From: Cirrosporium novae-zelandiae
Lineage: Eukaryota
Length of the DNA: 64,000 nucleotides
Direction: 5' to 3'
NCBI GenBank assembly: GCA_026023565.1
Contig: JAPETS010000018.1
Span: forward strand, 1 to 64,000
Numbering within the stretch: the first letter of the stretch is position 1; every line of letters begins with the position of its first letter. The notes under the pieces are model-generated. The model made no database searches. It saw only the letters and a list, made by a program, of their open reading frames with translations, and was not told the origin of the DNA. Of the stretch, positions 50,787 through 63,602 are shown in pieces. Both the position numbers and the translations under genes were made by a program.

Positions 50787-52107
50787 GCCTTCTAAGGAGA
50801 TTAACCTTTTTGGCACCAACTACTTCCTGATCTCACATTTTAGAAAGGCCATTCCCACCTTTCTTTTATTTTGACTTTGTTTAAAATGCCTTGGGGTCTC
50901 GTATGCTAATTTCACATATTCAACGTCCATTCTTGGAGACTTCCTCATAATATTTCTACATTTAGAAGCCTGCATCCTCAGGTGGCTTGAATTGGCTTGT
51001 CAATAACAGCATTGGTTACTTCTCCAAATATATTTACAGCTAGGAATGGTCCATCCCGTTGATAGTCCCTACTTATTACTCAAACATCGCCGCCCAGCAA
51101 CCCTCACTATCATCTTCCTCCTCTTTACCTCAGCTCTCTTTCAAAAACACTTCATCTACCCCTAGCCTCTCCAAATCACCCAACTTTCTATACAATTATA
51201 CATCACTATTAACCAATACCGTCCCGAAAGCCTTTTGCTGTACCTACGTATATAAATCCCGAAGAAGAAAGAAGAGAATTCCGAATTATCGAAGTTTATT
51301 ATGGCTAGGAGTTCTATTTTCTTCAAAACACCTATCTATTTCTTTCTTCCCACTACCAGTAATACATATGGTTATCAAAAGTCGTCCTGGGATAATGCCT
51401 GCATGTGGTTTTTGCTAAGCTTCTTCCTTATTGGCACCTGGACGTATTATCGTCTCTTCTGCCGGCAAAGATGATTTTATAGGAGTAGAACGCTCCTGAT
51501 CCGTTATTGGAGAAGGATGACTATCCCTTATCCCGCATCCGTCCCCGCCATGTCTCCCACGGCCTTCTTTACCACTTGCTTCAATGATCCCGTCAAGCGA
51601 GACAATGAATATTTGAATGTTCTTGTGGTTAGGGCACTTCTAGGGACTTTCATTCTCATCGCCTTAGCATTGTGAGTGATACGGAGAAATTTGCCGTTAG
51701 AAATAGAATGATGGAAATGGATCTTGCTATTTTGAAATGGGGTGGGCTTATATTTGAATGTTCCGTACGAGATTTTCTAGCTCTCGATGCCATACTATGG
51801 CTAGTTATCTGCCTTTATAATTAATTTATTGGTGCTCGACTCAAGGAGCATCCTCAAAATTGAAGAAAATTAAATATCAGGTTTCATTAAATACTAGTTT
51901 TGTTTTAAAGGTCTCCCCAAATTCTGTGGTTTTGGAAATCCGTCCTGTGTATACTGTAAGCGTCACTTTTGGTTCCACCCTTGTCCCGAGGGAGTCCGAA
52001 GGTGGTTATCGCATAAATTTATCAAGCGAAATTTGTATGACGTTGATCTCTTAAAGTAAAAAAAAATATTAGTTAGTAGCTTCATTCTTTGCAACCTTGC
52101 AGCAGCC

Positions 52108-53362
52108 ATGAGTCCTCAATTCGAACCATTGAAGAATGATCTTCTGCTTAGAACGGCGAAGGGTGAAACTGTCGAACGTCCTCCCATATGGGTGATGCGC
52201 CAAGGTGAGAGGGTCAGTCCAATCCTTAGATATCATAAATATTCTTTCTACACCTTAGCTAACCCATTGTATTTTCTCTCCTCATAGCTGGGAGGTATCT
52301 TCCTGAATACCATGAAGCCAAAGGAACGCATGACTTTTTCGAATGCTGTCGCTCGCCGGAAATAGCCTCGACATTGACGATTCAGCCCGTCGATCGATTC
52401 GACGGCCTGATCGATGCGGCTATTATATTTTCGGACATACTTGTGATCCCGCAAGCCATGGGGATGAAGGTAGAGATGGTGGACAAGAAGGGCCCCCACT
52501 TTCCGGAGCCGCTGCAGGCGCCTACCGATCTGCAATACAGGGAGATTATGGAACGGCAGGTGGATGTCAAGAAGGAGCTGGATTATGTATACAGGGCCAT
52601 CACTCTGACGAGACAAAAGCTCCGGGGCCGGGTACCGCTGATTGGATTCTGCGGGGCTCCTTGGACGCTGCTTTGCTACATGGTGGAAGGAGGTGGGACA
52701 AAACTATTTGTACAGTCTAAAACATGGGTGTTCAAATACCTAGACGAAAGCAAGGCATTACTCCAAAAAATCGCTGAACTGTGCGTCGAATACTTGGCCT
52801 TGCAGGTCAAGGCGGGCGCCCAGCTCGTGCAGGTCTTTGATTCGTGGGCCGGCGAGCTTTCCCCTTCTTCCTTCAAAGATGTTTCGCTGCCGTATCTCCG
52901 TTACATATCGAAACATCTCCCGGAACGTCTGAGAGAGCTTGGGCTGGAGGTTATTCCCATGACGGTGTTCGCTAAAGGTGCTTGGTATGCTCTGGAGGAG
53001 CTCTGCACCTCGGGGTACGACGTCGTCGGGCTGGATTGGTTGCATGACCCGGCTGAAGCCATGAAGGTAGCCAATGGAAGGGTTGTGCTCCAAGGAAATG
53101 CTGATCCAGGGGTCCTTTATGGGGGCAGGGGGGCCATTTCCAAGGTTGTCAAGGAGATGGTGGATGGATTTGGTGGCGGGAAGAAGGGGTGGATTGTTAA
53201 TTTGGGACATGGTTTGTTGACCTACGCTTTGAGGGTATTTTTTTTATGATAATGATGAGATTATGATTACTGATGAGATGGGAATTGATAGGCATTACGC
53301 CATTTGCGAAACCGGATGATTTGAGGCTTTTGTTTGAGGAGATTCACCGATTGACGAAGTGA
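52108..53362 (+). CDS. HEM12: Uroporphyrinogen decarboxylase
   Basis: [77 protein letters not shown]; two introns. Confidence 0.98.
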
Positions 53363-53585
53363 TTGGAACGTGGGGGGGAGAAAAAGGTCACAGGTTACTT
53401 ATGAATACGGTTCAATGGCAAGGGCTGAAAATGAGGGTCTATGAAGTTATCAACATGCATATGTAAGTGGTAAGGTATCATTACGGCCTAGATAGAGCTT
53501 AAAGGTCTTCAAGCTTATAAAAAGGGAGAATTCCCATATATTATCATAGCATTTCATAACATTTTGTTTCCATCGTTGATATTAA

Positions 53586-54513
53586 CTAAGAAGACGCATA
53601 CAAGTCCTGCGGTGTGCCATTGACATCACAGCTGGAAAACTTCCACCAGCCCCAGTGCCACGAACTCCCAGCTCTGGTTAACAACCACCTGATCGGACCA
53701 GGCATGGGGGGCCAAGTCGCCCACTTGCCTTCCTCGAACGACCTATCAAAGTTCAAGAACAAGAACGGAACAACGTCCGTCATGCCAGCTTTCATGATGG
53801 ATTGTTTGCCCCAGGTTGCAAAGATGGGACCGGCTTCGGGAAAATCGCCGTACGAGGACATGTTGGCGATGGTGGATATCTCTGAGTGGAAGTGATGGTT
53901 GAAGGGTTCTTGAAAGGTATCCATGATGGAGATGAGTTCTTTGCCAGAGAAATCCGAGGGCGACGGTAGGGTGCTAAGGTAGGTGTTGAATTTCCCAAGG
54001 CCTTCAAGGAAGGTTTCTATTGGAAAGAGTAGGTTGTTAGTTTGATAAATGAGGGTTTCAAATCGACGACCCTTAGGGTGTACGTACCATGCTCTTTGAG
54101 AGACTCTTCCCAAATATCTTTCTTCCCAATAACTTCCTCGACTTTCGGGAACAGGTTTTCTTCTTCATCGTCATGGTGTCCCTTTACGAACTTGAACCAT
54201 GCGAGGGAGTAGCCGATGAAGTCGGCATAATCGGCGGGTTGGACGTGCTCAGCTTGTAGGTAAATAGTGTTGTAGCCTCGCAGGATGGCATTATGGAGGA
54301 GGGCCATGTGCGAGGATCCCTTGGTGAAGATGTCCTCCTGAATTGGATTTGTTTTAGCCCCACGTGAATTTATATAAGTCGATTGCAAGAAGGCCGGAGA
54401 AGCCATAATCATCAATTAATTACCTTATTGGTCTCGTACATGGGCGTGTGCACCATTGGACAAGGTCCATCAGCCCATTGCTTTCCAGGAGTGGGGGGGT
54501 TGGTAGTTGCCAT
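53586..54513 (-). CDS. Hemerythrin/HHE cation-binding domain protein
   Basis: WADGP N-terminus, SHMALLHNAILRGYNTIY, HHDDEEENLFP, H..F..GL, HHFHSEI, W..WPPMP and WWKFSSCD; two introns. Confidence 0.88.
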
Positions 54514-55019
54514 GAGGGGAGATTGTGTATATAGAAAACCAATTGATATAGCAATGAGGGGTATCAAGATTGAGGACTTGATACCAAACATAATTGAAAG
54601 AGAGGAGAGGAGGAAAGAGGTCAGAAGGGAAAGGTAGATTCGAGAGAGCGGGGGGGGGAGCTTATACGAGTAGGACTGCTAAATTATGTACCGGGAATAC
54701 CATTGAATGGTCAGCATAAGGCTGCATCAAACTTTCAAAGCTATTCCTAATAGTCGTGGTACGAGTGGTGTAGATAATTTGAATGGATGGATGGAATCAG
54801 ACAGTCTGCTGATTATGAGGCATTGCGTGCTGATAAACGCATAATTCACCCCGAGTTGATTGGTTCGTCGGTATTTAGAAGTGGGAGGATCCGCTTAGAA
54901 ATCTTGTCAGAGGTATCGGCAACTTTATCTGAAGATCTACCACTATCCAACCTCACCTTATCGCACAATAAATATATAGGTCAGTGAGAAGAAATAATCC
55001 CTTCAACAATTATAATTCA

Positions 55020-55849
55020 ATCCTTTGGATATATGCACTCGATTTTCTGACTTACTCGATGTATGCCCTTTAAGTCACCAGTTCCTTAGCTGTCTCAAGT
55101 TCCACGGGTACTTATTTACTGTTTCCTTCCCCCCGTTGCTCAGTTTTGTAACCAACATATTGAATTTACTTATCGGTGGTTTACATATCTTTTTCTGCTC
55201 TTGTGTATTATTTCTAGAGCCGTAGTAGCAGTTCAGAGATATATATGTGCTTCTCGAATGCTGACTTTAGGAGCTTGATAGGCTCATCCTATGTCAACTT
55301 GACTTCGGATTTCGAAGCCGAGAGTAAAGATTGACAATTTGTCCCTGGGGTTCGTCGTTGAAGTGAGTGTGCTCCTTTAGCAGAAACTGTTAGAAGGGAA
55401 AGTTAAAGGAGAGCTTGGATCTCTGAATTGGGCTTCTAGCTGATGAAAGCTTAGATTTGGAGAGGACAACAACAATTTCAGGTTTATGATTTGGATCATC
55501 AAATTTGTCCAGGACTGGTTTGCCTATAAATTTCTCTTTGTTGCTGTTTAAAACGCCCTGGAGGAGCTTTTCCGATGAGAGAACGTATACAGGAGTTGTG
55601 TGATATGTTTCAATCCGCACATATACTACCTTGGCATATTATATCATCATTCCGCAGCCAGCTAGTATATCTCAGCATATTTCTCATTATATTCAAGCTT
55701 AATATCCGTTTCTAAGGTTTTCGGGTAGTAGACGGCGGCAAGAGAGCCTTTCCCCATCTTACCCCACGAGTAATTCTAGGAAGACGTTAGTCAACAATTT
55801 TCAATTGGATACAAGGGGATCCACCTGAGTTGAATTCGGATTCGGGCAT
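55020..55849 (-). pseudogene. Decayed type I mannose-6-phosphate isomerase paralog
   Basis: NYSWGKMGKGSLAA, ETYHTTPVYVLSSEKLLQ..L..N...IGKPVLDKF directly followed by DDPNHKPEI; the usual LPYLxKVLS..LSIQxHP zinc-ligand segment is missing; stops and frameshifts downstream. Confidence 0.72.
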
Positions 55850-56496
55850 GGTGAACATAAATAAGTAAAATATTTGATTGGAAGTGCTCCTAGAAACGAG
55901 GAGAGAATGGCTTTTATTATATACATGGAAGGCGCAATTGTATCAGCAATACCGTATAAAAAATATGGAAGACTTAGCTACATCTATGTTAGATCCTCGA
56001 GGTTGCTGCGTCGTCACTATTTCATATATTTTTCATTAGCCCTCACAGGTCCCCTTAGGGTTAGACCATCCGCTGCAGCCCTATCCAACCATTCGAACTC
56101 TGAGGTTGGTTTCCGCTGGTAGTTAACGTCGATAGCATTGAGTAAGATTTACAGAAAGAATCTCATGAGAAGTCTAGATCATAACCTCATAAACAAAAAA
56201 TCCTTAAGAATCCGGTAATTATAGAATATGTGAAACCCATAAAAACAGGCTCTGGCGCTAATTTCAAGTATTTATTTATGGTTGAATCCCTGAACTCATG
56301 CGGTTAAACCGCCTGGTGGAGAGATAGTTCCTATCAGTTGATAACCCGATTGCAGATTTAATCAAGTCATACAATCGGAGGGAACTAGAGTCTTAGATTT
56401 CACTTTTCGTTGTTAGTCAAGATTTTGTCTATAGTTATCTTGTTAGGATAAATTATATACCACTTGTTTAATTATTTACCAAAAAAAAAAAGAAAA

Positions 56497-56839
56497 ATGA
56501 AAGCCAATTCTTCTTGCGCACTAACAACGATTTACGAATGTTCGACCCCCAAAGAGACGGTACTACCGCTCCTCCGCTCACATCTTCCTCACACCCTCAG
56601 CGTCTATCGGCGCATCCAATCCCACCTCCACAACCCCTCCCCCACAGCCCGAATCCTCACCACCTTCCCGCCAGAAACATGCTCCCCGCCTCCTCCCCGC
56701 CCATGGCTCGTCGCCTGGGTCGATCGCACGCGAGCCCCGGAATCCGAAGTCTGGCTCTTCAGTACTTACGAGCTCCCCTTACCACCACCACTACCACCAA
56801 TCTCAGATGATTCTAATAACAATAATAATAACAATACCG

Positions 56840-56870
<31 letters not shown>

Positions 56871-57591
56871 CCCCCGCACCGACCTAGTCCGCTCCCACCT
56901 CCTAACCCTCATAAAGCACATCCACGCCGCCGGCGAGCCCCCAGGGTACACAAGCCCCACGCCGCAAACCCTCCTAATCAGCTCCCTGCACTCCAACCTC
57001 CTAGCCCTGCTCCCGCGCAACCTCCTCCACCGAGACCCCCCTCCATACATAAAATACATATTCGCAGCCTCGCGCCTCCCACCCCAACACGCCCTGCCCC
57101 AAGGCTTCCACTATGGCCGCGTCCACCCTTCCTCATTCCCGCTAGTTCTGTCCCGCACACCCATCCGGCGCACTGCGCGCACCCTGGCGCTCTTTCCCTC
57201 CGTGGCTATCTATGTCTCTGAATCTACCACCACCCCCACCACTACCACCACAACTACCAACCAAACACTCCCAATCGCATGGGCATTCCTAGGCCTCGAT
57301 GGCAGCCTAAGTACCTTGAATGTAGAGGAAGAGTACCGCGGCCGGGGCCTCGCAAAGCGGATTGTTCTGAAGCTGTTTCGGGAAGAGTTGAAGCCGAATT
57401 TTGGGGACGAGGTGGAGGAGGGGTGGGCGCATTCGGATGTGTTGGAGGGGAATTGGGCCAGTAGGGGGGTGGCGGAGGCTTTGGGGGGGAGGGTTGGGTG
57501 GGTTAATCATTGGGCATATGTTAATTTGGGGGAGGTGGGGAGGTTGGGATCTGGGGATGGGGAGATGGGGGGTTTGGAGTCTTGTGTGTAG
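56497..57591 (+). CDS. GNAT / FR47-like acetyltransferase
   Basis: LRSHLPHTLSVYRRIQ, DRTRAPESEVWLFS, LVLSRTPIRRTARTL, PIAWAFLGLDGSLSTLNVEEEYRGRGLAK (acetyl-CoA binding motif), N.ASRGVAEALGG; poly-Asn and poly-Thr tracts. Confidence 0.88.
56815..56871 (+). repeat. (AAT/AAC)n coding microsatellite (poly-Asn)
   Basis: Read directly inside the GNAT ORF. Confidence 0.85.
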
Positions 57592-59181
57592 GTGTAGTGT
57601 AGTGTATATACATGTACCCTTCCAACCCTCGAATACTTTCAAATCCAACCCCCCCCTTTCATCTCCACCACCCATTTCAGCTTTCCATAGTGTCCAACAA
57701 CAGAATAGAATAGAATATCCTCCCACATATCATCTAAGCTCTGTTTTTTTTCCTTCTTCCCTTCCTCCTTTCCATCCTCAATATACACCCCTTTCCATCC
57801 TCGCTACACCCCTTCCATATTCCTCCTTTCTTTTCTTTTCTTTATCATGTATGTAAAAATTAATACACACACACATACGTATAGATTACGTTTTGTACAT
57901 GTACATGTACCCCTTCATGTTGACGTTGATATTCTTTGCGATTTGCGATTTGCGATTTGTAATTTGGATATATATAGTGTAACTTGATTGTAGTAGTGGT
58001 GGTAGTAGTGGTAATGGGGATGGGGATAGGGAGAACTAGTGAAAAAAGAAAAGAGAAGAAGAGAAAGGGAAAGGGAAGGAAGGTATTACAAGCACTAGTG
58101 ATCCCAGCCTTCCCATTCATATCCACACCCAAACATCCAGACATCCAGACATCCAGACATTCATAATCCTTATTCCTATTCCCATTCCTAATAGCACTCA
58201 TTACCCCTCCCCCACCTCGCCCCATATTATACATGTATCAAGATCCAAAAAGTACCTACCTAACCTACCCTATACAGATATAATTAGTGATTAGTGATTA
58301 GTAATGTTTAAGAATTTTTGAGGGGTAAGGGGATGGGTGTTTGTAGGGCGGGTTTTGGAAGGTTAGAAGGTATGGGTGAGTGGTGGGATGGGATGAATGT
58401 TGTGGGTAGGGGTTATTATGGTGAGGGATCGATGGTTAGTTACCTGGGCAGTCAGTAGGTGTAAGAAAAAAGGGGTTTTATGATCTTTATACTCGGTCCA
58501 AAAGACCTCAATGTTAAAAAAAGCCACTTATTCATCCCTCATTAATTCTCATCATCTTAAAACATAAGTAACTATGCACAAAGGGGGATAGACATAACAT
58601 TTTGATTGCATAAACCATCACCTGTTGTTAATTGCGGAACGGGAATCCTTCTTCAAACTACCTACCTAGGTAGGAATTCAGATCACGGTGTTGTAAACAT
58701 GATGAGAATTCATTTTATTGTCCGCATGTCGCTTTTAGGTTATGACGGACATAATTGCGGTTAGACATAATTCATATTAATAAAAAAATGAATTACGGAC
58801 TCTTTTCCACAAAAGATACTTAGGAAAAAAAAGAGAAAAGGAAAAGGAAAAGAAAAAGAAACGGAACAGAATAGAGCAAAACATTGATGAAAAAATTTCT
58901 TCTCTCAGCCCCAGAAGAAGAGAGAGAAAAAAACCACGCCCCTAAAAATGCCAGCTGTATCCCTGCCCTAAATTCATGCTGAAGCCCCCTTAAACCCCAT
59001 TCTTCTATATTCATTGCTTCGTTTCCTCATGATACAACAACAACGATAGGATGATTTAGACAAGGAAACCCCCTGCCTCTTATCTGGTTTTGGTTATGAA
59101 CCCCATCCATCCATCCATCCAGACGTAGCAAAACTCACCCTTATATTATCTCATTATCTCATCCCATATATCATATCATAT

Positions 59182-60336
59182 TCATTCCGTCTTTATCAGA
59201 AGCCTATCCAAAAGGTCCAAAAATTCTTTCGTCGTGAACTCTGGGTCTTCGGCGTTGATAAAATGTCCGCATCCCTTAGCTACAACTGGACCCTTGGCAA
59301 GATCCTCATCCGTAAGTTTCAGTTGAGCTAGATAATATTGATGCCAGATTGGGCATGTGTAGGTCCTCGTCAGTATGGCTGGAATCCCTCTTGACTGTTG
59401 TGGATGTATGTGTTAGTAACTGCGGAATGGAATTCGGAGGAGGGTGTTAGGGATATATTGGAGTGGGTGTATAGGGGGAATGAGGTCTTTTCGAACGCTT
59501 ACCTTTTCAGCATGATAGGCAAGCATCTGCGGGTCATGGGCTGCGATGGTCAAAGCCGGTGTTCCCTTCCTTGGCCCAACCAACTTTGGACCATCGGAGT
59601 GTGGCAATAGTTTTATCTGTGTCCTCAAATTCGTCCCCTCTGGATTTTCTACAGTTGAATGCAATATATCCATCATGTTCCTCCGCTGTTCCCTCAACTC
59701 GTCAACGCCGAGCGCGGCTATATCGGCCGGGAGTTTATCGAGGTCGAAGCCCTCTGCGTCGGGATTGGGAAGGTAATCATAGTTCGAGTTCGCTATGAGG
59801 GGGTCCAGAAGAAGCAAGCCCGAGACAGTGCCGGGGTACTCATGCGCGTAGATGCGTGCGAGGGAGCAGCCAATGGACGCGGCAACTAGGACGATTTCGA
59901 GAGAATCGATATCGGATTCAGGGATTCCCATTTTCGTATCGGCAACTTGGATGATCAATTGTCGCATATCCCTCACCACATCCAACATATCGTGAAACTC
60001 CTCGGGATTCGTTTTCCCTTTATCGGCTGGATCCCTGTGGCGGGTAAGACCACAGAATTGGCCGTAGCGATCATAACTCAGCATGGCTGGATGTCCAGCG
60101 TCGCTATTTGCGGCGGATACCATTATAGGTCTCCATTGTGCTTGGGGTAAGAGGAGACCATTGATAAAAACGGCGAGACATTTCTGGATAGGATAGTCAC
60201 GGCCTTGAATAAAAAAGTAACTGAGGTTAGCGGATGGTTTTGTAGAAAGGGCAATCCAGTCGGGTTTGAGATCTTTCGGGGGAGTTTTCACTAGAACACG
60301 TTTGACATGCTCGACAAATCGAGGACCAGCTGCCAT
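59182..60336 (-). CDS. Alpha/beta hydrolase
   Basis: VFINGLLLP, LSYDRYGQ, LVAASIGCSLAR (nucleophile elbow), GLLLLDP, and a last exon with KGPVVAKGCGHFINAEDP (catalytic His); one intron near 59395-59500. Confidence 0.85.
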
Positions 60337-61432
60337 GATGATAATGATAATGATAGTGATAATGAGAAAAAAAGACTTTGACAATTGCAGGTTGATTAGG
60401 ATTGGATGAAGCGGTGGCACTGATTATTATATCTTGTGGGTTATGTACAGGGAGAAAAATAGATGATCAAAATTCGGAGAATTTTTTACAGGTGCATTCA
60501 TTCGTAGTGTACCTTAGCTATCTCAATAAGGCCAGGTTTGAAGAAGTGGGGAGGGTTTAAGTGTTATTTACTGTAATGGTGCAAAAGCTTGTCAGCTTCT
60601 CCATACCGGCACTTGTAAAGAACAGTAGATTCAAAAAGGACAATCTAACAACAAAATAGAAAAAAATAAATGAATGATAGCTAATAATGGACATCTGGGG
60701 AAAGGTGGACAGGTGATGGAAAGCTAGAAAACGCGTTGCTGGAACCTTATATGATGCTAATCGTGTGACGATAAGCTGGAAGGACGTTGTTCCCCGATGC
60801 CCTACCGGTAATCCTCACGATTTTGTATTAACAATTCTATTACATAGGATGACATTTCTTCACACAGGCCGATCTCTGCTTGATTGGTACCGAGGTACTT
60901 TAGAAGAGAAAATAGGCCCACACAAATTCAAGTACATAGAACCATGAACCTTGACAGTGAGGTTTGATAGACGAGTAGGAGACAGTCCGTCGTCGTGAGC
61001 GAACTTCGTCGGAAAATATCAACTCAATTCCGACAGTGGGGCCGCTACTAAAGGGTTTGAGGTTTGAGATGTAGTACTCGAGTAGCACCATGACCCTGGC
61101 CCTGCATGACCAGGTCGGCCTAGGAAATATTGCTCCTTCTGGAGTCTTTTGACGATTATTTCACCTGCTGGATTTTGCTGCAAACATCACAATTGCTTAG
61201 AGAGAGTAGAGGATTAAGTTATCGCTGTTTGGTTCTGCATGTCTTTGTTGTTCATTTCGTCTCTCCTTGGCCGTTCAACGACTTTGGGTATAGGGAGAAG
61301 AGAGACCAGTCGAAGATACGAAAATATCTAACCCCATATGCAAGTCCTGGTATCATCAGCATTATCCTTCCGACCAGCTCCAAGTTGAATTTTATATTCT
61401 TCCTCGCTCCATGTCAAAGTATCGTTTCCCCT

Positions 61433-62570
61433 TCATACCCTGTCCATCTCCATGTCCTGTATCACAGTACCACGTTCCCTTGACACCAACTTTCCACTCA
61501 TCCCTAGTTTATTTTCCGTAGCCCACTTCCTTATCCAGATAATCCCCCATACAATTAAGAAAACTACAACACATGCGACCAGAATACCAATGCAGTATGC
61601 GGCGACTGTGCCGCTGCCTTTTTTCTGGATATTCAAAAAACTGTATACGTAGAAACCTTCGGTGGCGTGAGTCAGGTATGCGAGGGCCAGATAAAATGCC
61701 AGAATGATTATCAGCCACCACAAATGTAGGAATGGCGGCGGATTGGTGCGAGTGCAGGAAATCTCAAAGAACGCGAACACCGAGTTCAAGCCGTGCCATG
61801 ATACCTAAAAGCCTTATTAGTATTTCTAATAAGCAATGGGCTGTCATAGACGGATGATAAAATTGGTTATTTGGAACACGATCTATTCTCCAGACAAGGG
61901 TATGATGATCCACTAAGAAATGTATTATCATTTGGCCAAGACTCAGTTTGCAACAACCATTCTATTAAGCCAACCTTAACAGGTCTTCGCCTACAAGATG
62001 ATATAGTCGCAGCAATCCATTTCAAAGCAGTTGATGGGGAGAGGGGCAGTTCTGAAAGGGTAAAGTGCCAATTGACTCAAATTTTGTCATCCGTCTTTTG
62101 AAGCTTGATATTTTATAGCATGTACATACATTTGACCACAAAGCAAAAGTACCAGAGAAGCCATCATAAATGATGGCCCAATATACTACTGTCACAATCC
62201 AGGGAAAGAATATGGCGGTGGAGTACAAGAGGCTATGAAGAGCCTGAAGCGACTTGGGCCATCGGTCAATCCAAGTTGCACCTGTACGGGCATATTGGAG
62301 GGTATGTATGCCAGAGAAGGCAAAATAAAAACCAAGACCCCAGTACGTAAGATGGGTGAAGTAACTAAAGGACTGTCTGGTCTCAATGGAATCGCCAGTG
62401 CTATCCCAAATGCCAAAGGCGACAAAGTGCACGAGAAAGACGTAGAGGGATATTAAGAATCGAATGAGACTAAGAGCAAGTGGTGGGATAATCCATGACG
62501 TCGTAAATCTCCTTTCGGGGTCAAAGGGAGTGTCGACACCCATCAGGCGGTAAAAGTTGAATTTTGCCAT
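61433..62570 (-). CDS. FAR-17a/AIG1-like multi-pass membrane protein
   Basis: FDPERRFTTSW, SFSYFTHLTYWGLGFYF, FPWIVTVVYW, WSN|VSWHGLNSVFAFFEI, YLTHATEGFYVYSFL; one 325-nt intron, 61805-62129. Confidence 0.82.
61848..62096. mobile_element. Putative MITE-like element (about 250 bp) inside the FAR-17a intron
   Basis: Inverted repeats AGACGGATGATAAAATT (61848-61864) and AATTTTGTCATCCGTCT (62080-62096), 16/17 match, with a further imperfect extension inwards. Confidence 0.55.
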
Positions 62571-63567
62571 TGGTAACACGGTACGACAACTGCAACCACT
62601 GACCAATTAGAGAACAATGCTTTCATGTAATATGTAATTGCTTTTAGAATAGGTAAGGTACATACCTCTGTGCATAATTTCTCGAGATTGAATAAAAAAG
62701 AAAAGAAAAAAGCAAGGTGTGAGATTGAGATAAAGAATGATAAATAAAATATTACTAAAGCTGAACCTATGTACTGTGGACAGTGTATTCTGAGAAGTAA
62801 CAACTAGATACTTTGACTCAGAACGCAGAGTTCAGAGCGCATTTGGCTGAAGCTGGTGGACGGAAGCGGCTATGCACAAGGGAAAATGGACTTTATTTGA
62901 TATAAGAATTACTATCCCCAACAACCGTGGCGGTGGGGAGGCTTGCGCAAGCCCAAATACTACGTAGAGGCGACTCCTCCCTCCTAGTGGGAAGTGGACA
63001 AAAACAGTAAACGAGGTAAACGAGACCAGATATACATACATACATACAGTACACACATCCGCAGTACCTTGGACTGTTTCGATTGAAATTGATATTACCG
63101 TGTAGTATATACTTTCATTTTATAAAAAATGAAAGCGAGAAAGCCAGGGCTGATGAGAACATATATATAAAATACTTTTTCGTAGACTATATTGGATCCT
63201 GAGTAGAGGCCCCCAAAGCCAAAATGACTTGGATAGTTTACTTAGGTACCGAGAATGAAATTTGCAAATTTCCAAAATTTCTAGTTTCGGAGCTTTGCCA
63301 AGTCTTTGCCCTTGGACCGGAATAGTAATTATCTGTAGCCGACAGCTCGGCAACCGGCAGTGCTGCTTAGTGTAGGAGCAATAAAGAAAAGAAAAAAAGT
63401 AAAAGAAAATATAACCAAGCTGAATAAAATATCTAATCGTTCATAAGGTATCCATAGCCATAAGCCAAACCGTGTATAAAAAAAAAACCCAAAAAATCCC
63501 CCCAAGAAAACCCAAAAAAAAACCAAAAAAAATAAAAAGCAGGTCACTTGACATGTTCGTCTTGTTG

Positions 63568-63602
<35 letters not shown>
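63568..63602. repeat. (ATA)n microsatellite
   Basis: About 11 uninterrupted units, read directly. Confidence 0.9.

Noticed and set aside
51050..51700. Possible small gene between TRM82 and HEM12
   Set aside because: Only short hydrophobic fragments; no coherent gene model or motif.
27380..55849. RIP as the cause of the pseudogenes
   Set aside because: Some stops fit C-to-T changes, but there are no paired repeats or ancestral sequence here to show a dinucleotide bias.
4810..57856. Numerous antisense or alternate-frame ORFs overlapping real genes (e.g. 5862-6296, 21386-21955, 31611-32162, 47820-48302)
   Set aside because: Shadow frames of well-supported coding sequences.
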